From: Candidatus Omnitrophota bacterium | Lineage (GTDB): Bacteria > Omnitrophota > Gorgyraeia > Tantalellales > Tantalellaceae | Direction of reading: 5' to 3' | Length of the DNA: 51,618 nucleotides | Assembly: GCA_043823375.1 (NCBI GenBank) | Contig: JBDRAX010000043.1 | Location: 1-51,618 of the forward strand | Part shown: in pieces, positions 18,738 through 25,386 of the stretch | Position numbering within the stretch: position 1 is the first letter of the stretch | How the letters are laid out: every line of letters begins with the position of its first letter | Translations under genes and position numbers: made by a program | Notes under the pieces: model-generated | Database searches by the model: none | Told to the model about the DNA's origin: nothing | What the model saw: only the letters and a program-made list of their open reading frames with translations

Positions 18738-18766
18738 TTGACTATCGTTTTATGGCAAAGTATACT
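18738..18766 (+). promoter_or_regulatory. sigma70-like promoter
   Basis: TTGACT (18738-18743), a 17-nt spacer, then TATACT (18761-18766). It lies 56 nt upstream of the small ORF at 18823. Confidence 0.55.
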
Positions 18767-18822
18767 GGTGTTTAAGCCGGGATAAAATATCCCTCTCTAA
18801 TATAAAAAAAGGAGGAGCACCC

Positions 18823-18930
18823 ATGGGCGATAAAGGCAGGAAAGATAAGAATAAGCACGACAAACAGGTAAACAAAGCAAAAAACGCGAAAAATGAAGCA
18901 AACAGGAAAAAACAGGAAAAACCGGCATAG
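18823..18930 (+). CDS. small lysine-rich basic protein (35 aa), hypothetical
   Basis: MGDKGRKDKNKHDKQVNKAKNAKNEANRKKQEKPA*. A strong SD, AAAGGAGGAG, ends 6 nt before the ATG, and the gene has its own promoter. It falls below the ORF-track length cut-off. Confidence 0.4.
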   Translation: MGDKGRKDKNKHDKQVNKAKNAKNEANRKKQEKPA

Positions 18931-19245
18931 TAAAAAAAGAGCAGAGAAAATCCGGTCTAAGTGCCTGCCTGAAAAGCAAAAGCCGGTTTTTACTTTTCCC
19001 GAAGAGGCAAAGATCTTACGCCCGAACATAAGTTTTGGTTTAAGCACTCCTTTACATATTTGCCACGAGTACGATCGGTTTATGTCTGAGCGCTTTCCCC
19101 GGGTTAATTTCAGGGTCACCAAAGGAGCGGCAAAATCGTATTCTTTTATATGATTATTCATTAGATATCTCTGAGGTTACCGTCGAGTCTTGTCAGGGAG
19201 AGCGCGGATAAAGTATTAACTTAACAAAACAGCCAGGGGGAAGGG

Positions 19246-20472
19246 ATGAACTTCGCGGTTGATTATTTAGGGAAGAAATTCGAAAATCCGTTCGTGATCG
19301 CTTCGTCTCCGCCTGTCGCTGACAGTGATATGATCTCAAGGGCGTTTGATGCCGGATGGGCGGGTGTCGTTACGAAAACGCTTATACAGGAGCCGGTAAA
19401 GAATTTAAAGAATCGTTTCGCGTCATGTAAAATAGGTAAAGATATTTTCGCTTTTGAAAATATCGAGCTTCTCAGTGAGAACAGCCCGGAACAGTGGTAT
19501 CGGGATATCCGTTTACTTAAGAAAAGGTTCCCGGAAAAGATAGTTATCGGCAGTATAATGGGCGACGCGAAAAGCGGGGAACAATGGGTCCGGCTCGCTT
19601 CAGGCTGCCAGGATGCCGGTTGCGACATGATAGAGCTTAATTTTTCATGCCCCCATGGTTATCCTGAAAAGGGAAAAGGGTCAGCTATCGGCCAGAACCC
19701 CGAGTTTTCTTCATTGATCACAGGGTGGATCAAAAGTGAAAGAAGCGTAACTATTCCCATTATTCCCAAATTGACCGGAGCGGTAGCGGATATTTCCCAT
19801 ATCGGCCGCGCCGTTAAGGACGCGGGCGCGGACGGCATTTGCGCTATAAACAGTTTCCCGTCAATAATGGGGTTTGACCTTGATACGTTAAAGCCTTTGC
19901 CGAACGTTGCGGGCTATACCACTCCGGGCGGATATTCCGGGCCGGGCCTTAAGCCTATCGCGCTCAGATGCGTATCGGATCTTGTAAAGAACCCGAATCT
20001 GCCGGTTATGGGCGGTGGAGGGATCTCGTCAGGCAAAGACGCGGCGGAGTTTATTCTCGCGGGTGCTTCTGTGCTTCAAATATGCACGGCGGTAATGCTG
20101 CGCGGCTATTCAGTTGTATCGGGAATGCTGGCTGAACTTGAAGAATTCATGGAAAAGCATAAATTTTCCGGGATAAATGATTTTCTGGGAGCAGGCAACA
20201 ATATGATCCGCGGGTATTCCGAACTCGATATGGATTATTCCGTAAAAGCGTTTGTCGATCCGGATAAATGTTCAGGCTGCGGAAAATGTTTTGTTTCTTG
20301 CAGGGACGCCGCGTACCAGGCGATCGAAATGAGAGATAACCGGGCAATTGTAGATGCCGGTAAATGTAAGGGGTGTTCATTGTGCTGTCAGATATGCGCG
20401 GATAACGCGATTAAAATGGTTCAGTTGACTGATAAAATGTTGTATCCGGGCTCATACAATGGCTTGGGATAA
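19246..20472 (+). CDS. preA: dihydropyrimidine dehydrogenase subunit PreA-like (DHOD-fold flavoprotein with C-terminal 2x[4Fe-4S] ferredoxin domain)
   Basis: 408 aa. Contains FENPFVIASSPP, AGWAGVVTKTL, ELNFSCPHG and GGGISSGKDAAEF, plus two CxxCxxCxxxC clusters (CSGCGKCFVSC and CKGCSLCCQIC). No preT partner lies adjacent. Confidence 0.8.
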   Translation: MNFAVDYLGKKFENPFVIASSPPVADSDMISRAFDAGWAGVVTKTLIQEPVKNLKNRFASCKIGKDIFAFENIELLSENSPEQWYRDIRLLKKRFPEKIVIGSIMGDAKSGEQWVRLASGCQDAGCDMIELNFSCPHGYPEKGKGSAIGQNPEFSSLITGWIKSERSVTIPIIPKLTGAVADISHIGRAVKDAGADGICAINSFPSIMGFDLDTLKPLPNVAGYTTPGGYSGPGLKPIALRCVSDLVKNPNLPVMGGGGISSGKDAAEFILAGASVLQICTAVMLRGYSVVSGMLAELEEFMEKHKFSGINDFLGAGNNMIRGYSELDMDYSVKAFVDPDKCSGCGKCFVSCRDAAYQAIEMRDNRAIVDAGKCKGCSLCCQICADNAIKMVQLTDKMLYPGSYNGLG

Positions 20473-20543
20473 CGCGTTCAGGAACAGAATGGTGTTCGTT
20501 CCTGTTATTCAAAGAGACAGGGCGTAAGCGTCGGGAGGAAGAC

Positions 20544-21566
20544 ATGACATGTTCTTTAAGTGTTTCCAGGGATTTTTTTAATTATTATTTTGTCAAATGG
20601 GGCTTGAAAGAAAAAAGCCGGTTAACGCTGAATACTCATCCTGACCCGATAGTTCTCAGTATAAATGCCGGGCAGGTAAAATACAGTAAAGGGTTGCTTA
20701 AGTCTATATTCAGGCTGGTGAGGAATAAAAATATCAGATATTACGCGGATACCGGTAAAATTTCGGTATATAGCCGGGATCAGAGATCCAGTATGGAAAT
20801 GGAGCTGGACATCGATGCTTTAGAAACAGTCGAGGCGATGTTGTCCTGCGGCGGAAAATGTGAAGACGTTGAGCGCGATCTGTTCATGATAACATTCGAT
20901 AACGATCTGAAATTTTTGATACGAAAAGTTCCTGTGGCGGACATTGCGACTTTGAAAGAAACTATGCTTGACGGGGAGTATGCTTTTCTTTATCCGTATG
21001 TAAAAGGGAAAGCGGTTCTTGATATCGGCGCGTATATAGGCGATACCTCGATCATGTTCTGTTTAAATGGAGCTAAAACAATAGCGGCATATGAACCGGA
21101 CCCCCTCTTGTTCGATATATGTTCGAGAAACATCAGGTTAAATGGTATGGCGTCGAAAATTGATGTAAGGAACTATGGTGTGAGCGATAAAGAAGGCCTT
21201 ATCAATGAAAAAGGGTATAGTTTTATAGGCCCCGAACTTTTATTTGACAGGGAAAAACATTTTATTTCCGGGGAAACTCGGATGAAAATATTATCTTTCT
21301 CGAAAATCATCGAACAAATGCAGGAAATAGACGTGCTTAAAATGGATTGTGAGGGCGCGGAGTTCCCGGCGATCCTTTCTACCCCTCCGGGCCTTTTAAA
21401 GAGAATAACGGCGATCGGCATGGAATGTCACGATGACCCTGAACCTCTGATCGATCATCTGAAAAAGGCTGGCTTCAAAGTTGAGATCAAGAAAGAAATA
21501 AAAACGCGGGATAAACATTTGACGATCCTGTTTGCCGCGCGGGACAGGGATACAACGCGGAAATAA
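20544..21566 (+). CDS. FkbM-family SAM-dependent methyltransferase
   Basis: 340 aa. Contains VLDIGAYIGDTSIMF, AYEPDP..F and IDVLKMDCEGAEF, typical of Methyltransf_21/FkbM. The N-terminal ~150 aa are unassigned. Confidence 0.8.
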   Translation: MTCSLSVSRDFFNYYFVKWGLKEKSRLTLNTHPDPIVLSINAGQVKYSKGLLKSIFRLVRNKNIRYYADTGKISVYSRDQRSSMEMELDIDALETVEAMLSCGGKCEDVERDLFMITFDNDLKFLIRKVPVADIATLKETMLDGEYAFLYPYVKGKAVLDIGAYIGDTSIMFCLNGAKTIAAYEPDPLLFDICSRNIRLNGMASKIDVRNYGVSDKEGLINEKGYSFIGPELLFDREKHFISGETRMKILSFSKIIEQMQEIDVLKMDCEGAEFPAILSTPPGLLKRITAIGMECHDDPEPLIDHLKKAGFKVEIKKEIKTRDKHLTILFAARDRDTTRK

Positions 21567-21904
21567 ATGGTATCAAATTTAATCTTTTTTTTTGAGCGTA
21601 GTGTATTTAATATCAATGATCCGCGAATCGTGTAACCGGATAGAAACCAGAGAAGTTTTCAATATATTTCCAATCCCATATTTTTTTAATCCTAACACGT
21701 TCTTTAGAAACTATCAAAAAGCGCGTCGCGTATTAGTTTTAAAAAAATATATTTTGGTTGGATATGTCAGTAAAACAAAGAGAAATGCGGGTTAAAAAAG
21801 AAAAGGCTGTTGGTGTGCTATCCTTTATCTTGTTTTTTTTGTAAGATTGAACAAAGATCGGGAAGAGGCACAGCTCCCCCCTGGCTTGGCATTTAGCTTT
21901 TGGA

Positions 21905-21933
21905 TTGAAAAATAGATTATGTTTTGTTATAAT
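21905..21933 (+). promoter_or_regulatory. near-consensus sigma70 promoter abutting the start codon of the 1147-aa gene
   Basis: TTGAAA (21905-21910), a 17-nt spacer, then TATAAT (21928-21933). ATG 21943 begins only 10 nt after the -10 hexamer and no SD is present. Confidence 0.5.
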
Positions 21934-21942
21934 TAGAATGTT

Positions 21943-24900
21943 ATGATAAGAAGAAGTAAGAAAATTCATAATTATCGTAAACTCATTACAACCGTACTTG
22001 CGGTTGTTTTTTTGTCTGATACTTGTTGCCATGGTTTGGCAATTCAACCCGCGTCAAATAATCTTCCGGTCAGAAATGATATCCAGCGTATATTGAAAGA
22101 GGAACATTTTGATCCGCGTAAAATCTCGAAAAGTATCAAGAATGTTCTGGATCGAGAAAACACTTCCCGGGGCAGACAGCAGGAGCTCTATAAGTTGATG
22201 GCTTTATACAATATAGATCAGGAATATTTCACGCGTATATGGAATTCCGTTGTTTTGCAGGGGTGCAACAGCGATGTAGCACAGCTTGAAGATCTGGAAA
22301 GATTGTTAGATCAGATACAAAATAATATTTTGCGTAAAATAAGAAAACTGGATCTAAGCGTGGATGAAGCTGTGCTGCGGTCAGGTACCGCGCTTTGTGA
22401 GTGGGCGGCAGAGTGCCGGGATGCCGATAAGAAAAAACTCAGGGTGTTGCATGTCCTGGGAGTGCCATATGATAAGACCGGAAGCGGTATGGTCGCGTGT
22501 AATATTACGTCGGAGCAGGGAAAGTGCGGCGATGAATGGAAACTGTGCTGCGCCGATTATGAACCCAGCGGGAAAGAAAATATTGAAACTATACTCTTTA
22601 CCGCTGGGCAGGGAGATCCGCTTGATGGCGCCGTAAGTTTTCCGGTGCCTACGTACTCAAAAGGTATGCCGTTCACGCATATCAGGTATAGCGAGATGAG
22701 CGAATTACAGCTTGTCGAGTTCTGCGAGAAATATCACGCGTTCCTGAAAAATGTAATAGAAACATATAAGCCGGATATAATAAATACGAACCATCTGTTC
22801 CTGCTGAATCCCATAGTTGAAATTATAGCTCCGTGGGTGCCTGTCGTCTGCACAACGCATGGGACAGAAGAAAAAATGCTCAGAGATCACCCTGAAATGA
22901 AGGGGCTTGTGACAAAAGGGGCACTGAAGGTAGATAAGGTTTTCTGCGTGTCCGACTCTCTAAAAAAGGAAGTTCAGGAAATATACGGCGTGGCTCCCGA
23001 CAGGGTCGCTTTGACGGAGAATGGTTTCGATGGCCTTTTATTTCAGCCGAGAGAATTATCCAGAAAAGATGTTCTGGCCAAATATGGTATTAGTGACGAA
23101 TTTGACAAGATAGTTTTATACGCGGGGAAATACAGCGAATGGAAAGGTATAGAATTTTTGATAGAAGCGGCCGCGCGGAATAACGCGGGGAGCGGGAGGA
23201 AAGTTTTGACTCTTATCGCCGGAGGCGGGTCGCGTGAATTGTACGATAAATACCGCGGTATAGTGTCCGGGCATTCGGCCGGTAACTATATCAAGTTCAT
23301 AGAATTATACGGTAACAGGCAGACGGAAATCAGTGAGCTCATGAACATATCGGATGTTTTTGTCCTCCCAAGCTTTTCGGAACCTTTTGGTATGGTTTTA
23401 CTGGAAGCCATGGCTTGCGGCATGCGCGTTGTGGCCGCTGACAGAGGCGGGCCTCCGATGTTTGTGGGAAAAGATCTGATAGATAAGGGCCTTGCGAAGC
23501 TGGTCAGGCCCGTAAAACTGGATGATCGCGGTAACGCTGATATCCGGGATCTTGATAATTATGTTTCCGCGTTGAGTGAAGGGGTTCTCGATGTTATAAA
23601 TACTCCCGAAAATCCGGGTGAAAGAGATATGATCTCAAAGTCCGTCGGGCAGAGGAGATGGGAAGCAGTATATAGGAAAATAAGGGAGGAATATAAAGAC
23701 GCGATAGAACGCAGGATGAACAGATACCTGATGGTGCCTCTGGATTCTGCTTTTTCGGGGATCGTGGAATTATGCGGCGGTAAAGCTCTGGGGTTAAACA
23801 GAATTAATGATCTCCGGATGGAGGGGTTTAATGTCCCCGGGGGGCAGGTGATCACGACCCTGGCTTTCAGACATTTTATCGGAAGTAACGATGCGCTCAA
23901 AACTAAAGTATTAATGCTGGATAAAATTTCGAAAGATTTATGCGATATAAGTGGACAGGATGAACGCGGTGGACGTGCCAGCGTATTGCGGGAGGAGCTC
24001 GCGCGGCTGAGCGGGGAGATAAGAGACGCGGTTTTTGAAAGTGAACTTCCGGCGGATATAAAGAAAGCGATAAAAGACTATTACAGTGTTTCCGGGAAAA
24101 AACTTTTTGCCGTTAGGAGTTCCGCCGTAGATGAGGATACCGAAGACGACGCCGCCGCGGGCAGATATCATACGGAATTAAATGTGGTTTCTTGTGAAAA
24201 AATGGAGGAGGCGTTAAAGACCGTATGGGCGTCTTTTTTTTCCGATAACGCTGTCGCGATAAGGAATGAAAAGAGAAACGGCGCGATCAAAAAAAATGAA
24301 AACCCGGACAGGTATCTGAATTCCGGCGCCAGGATGGCCGTGATACTGCAGGAGATGGTGAATTCCGAGGCTTCCGGTATTTCATATAATGTTAATGTCG
24401 AAAACGGCCTTGAAGAAATAGTGATAGAAGCGGTTAAGGGTTACGGCGATGATTTCGCGAGCGGAGATATAACTCCCGATTTCTGGAGGTTCAAATATGA
24501 CAAACGAGAAGAGCGGCCGGTTCTCCTGGAAGAGATAATAAGGGGCAAGCCTTATTTAAGGGAGAAGTCGACGCGGGACGAGCCCGCGTTGACCCGCACG
24601 CGGGCGGCGCTTCTTTCTGGCGTATTGCAGAAAATAGCGGATCGGTTTAAAGAAGTACACGGTATACAGTACCTGGATTTTGAGTTTACTTTCGATGAGG
24701 CGGGAAAGCTGTATATCCTGCAGGCGAGGCCTTTGACAGTTGTGCCTTATTCTGTCTTTAATCCGGTTTGTGACGGAGTGAAGAGAGAGGCCGCTGAGGA
24801 TGTCCCTTATGTGGAATTGAACGGTGTTGCCGGATACCCGGGTGTCGCTTCGGGAAGGCTTGTCATTGTGGATAATCCCGGGGACTTTCCCTCGTACGTT

Positions 24901-25386
24901 AATCTTGAGGAAGCCTCACGGCTGATAAAAGAAGGAGACATTTTATGTACCCCCACAGTGAATGTGGGGTGGACGCGTCTTTTTGATAAATTGGCGGGAG
25001 TAATAGCGGAAAGAGGGGGGATGACGTCACATACGGCTACAATCGCGAGACAGAAAGGGGTCCCGGCGCTTGTGGGCGCGAAGAACGCGATAGCACAGCT
25101 CAGGAAAATGAATATGCGGGAAGTTACTCTTGACGTTTATAACCAGATTGTATACGAAGGGAACGTTGAAACAGAAAAAATGCCGCTTAATGATATATTG
25201 TGGCGAGTCCCGGAAGCAGGCAGGGATTACAACAGAAATGAACCATCCCATTTTGTGGATTCAAAAGGGAAAGAGTGGGTAAGAAACCGGTGTATCCTCT
25301 TGGAAATCTTTTGTGTGATATTTCGTACAAGGGGATGCTTAAGATCTTTGAGCTTTTCCCCGGGGTTGACCTTCCGATGTTCATGA
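21943..25386 (+). CDS. giant anchored protein 1a: N-terminal hydrophobic anchor + GT4 glycosyltransferase + PPDK/PEP-synthase-type ATP-grasp (PPDK_N) + phosphohistidine swivel domain
   Basis: 1147 aa. Anchor KLITTVLAVVFLSDTCC. GT4 region from about 22438 to 23700 (LRVLHVLG..., EPFGMVLLEAMACGMRVVAADRGGP). PPDK_N from about 23740 to 24745 (CGGKALGLNRI, FAVRSSAVDEDTEDDAAAG, LDFEFTF...LYILQARPLT). Swivel from about 24822 to 25160 (GGMTSHTATIARQKGVPALVG; His codon 25030-25032). Confidence 0.85.
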   Translation: MIRRSKKIHNYRKLITTVLAVVFLSDTCCHGLAIQPASNNLPVRNDIQRILKEEHFDPRKISKSIKNVLDRENTSRGRQQELYKLMALYNIDQEYFTRIWNSVVLQGCNSDVAQLEDLERLLDQIQNNILRKIRKLDLSVDEAVLRSGTALCEWAAECRDADKKKLRVLHVLGVPYDKTGSGMVACNITSEQGKCGDEWKLCCADYEPSGKENIETILFTAGQGDPLDGAVSFPVPTYSKGMPFTHIRYSEMSELQLVEFCEKYHAFLKNVIETYKPDIINTNHLFLLNPIVEIIAPWVPVVCTTHGTEEKMLRDHPEMKGLVTKGALKVDKVFCVSDSLKKEVQEIYGVAPDRVALTENGFDGLLFQPRELSRKDVLAKYGISDEFDKIVLYAGKYSEWKGIEFLIEAAARNNAGSGRKVLTLIAGGGSRELYDKYRGIVSGHSAGNYIKFIELYGNRQTEISELMNISDVFVLPSFSEPFGMVLLEAMACGMRVVAADRGGPPMFVGKDLIDKGLAKLVRPVKLDDRGNADIRDLDNYVSALSEGVLDVINTPENPGERDMISKSVGQRRWEAVYRKIREEYKDAIERRMNRYLMVPLDSAFSGIVELCGGKALGLNRINDLRMEGFNVPGGQVITTLAFRHFIGSNDALKTKVLMLDKISKDLCDISGQDERGGRASVLREELARLSGEIRDAVFESELPADIKKAIKDYYSVSGKKLFAVRSSAVDEDTEDDAAAGRYHTELNVVSCEKMEEALKTVWASFFSDNAVAIRNEKRNGAIKKNENPDRYLNSGARMAVILQEMVNSEASGISYNVNVENGLEEIVIEAVKGYGDDFASGDITPDFWRFKYDKREERPVLLEEIIRGKPYLREKSTRDEPALTRTRAALLSGVLQKIADRFKEVHGIQYLDFEFTFDEAGKLYILQARPLTVVPYSVFNPVCDGVKREAAEDVPYVELNGVAGYPGVASGRLVIVDNPGDFPSYVNLEEASRLIKEGDILCTPTVNVGWTRLFDKLAGVIAERGGMTSHTATIARQKGVPALVGAKNAIAQLRKMNMREVTLDVYNQIVYEGNVETEKMPLNDILWRVPEAGRDYNRNEPSHFVDSKGKEWVRNRCILLEIFCVIFRTRGCLRSLSFSPGLTFRCS

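Noticed and set aside
18772-19161. ORF 18772-19161 (-) and ORF 18893-19153 (+)
   Set aside because: They overlap each other and the better-supported 35-codon ORF. They lack an RBS, and the minus-strand product is Phe/Cys/Leu-rich, the mirror of a Lys/Glu-rich sense strand.
21780-21795. The 16-nt motif gagaaatgcgggttaa is shared with 31240-31255, each copy about 150 nt upstream of a giant-gene start
   Set aside because: A single 16-mer match between two sites in a 51-kb window on both strands is close to chance expectation. At 31240 it is just the 3' arm of the terminator hairpin, and no partner arm exists at 21780. It is worth a genome-wide count but is not supportable as a regulatory site.
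25242-25386. Programmed -1 ribosomal frameshift signal in the overlap of the 1147-aa and 912-aa ORFs
   Set aside because: I could find no canonical X XXY YYZ heptamer and no obvious downstream pseudoknot. tcaaaagggaaag at 25261-25273 does not fit the pattern in the zero frame. I keep the split-gene question open, but PRF is not supported.
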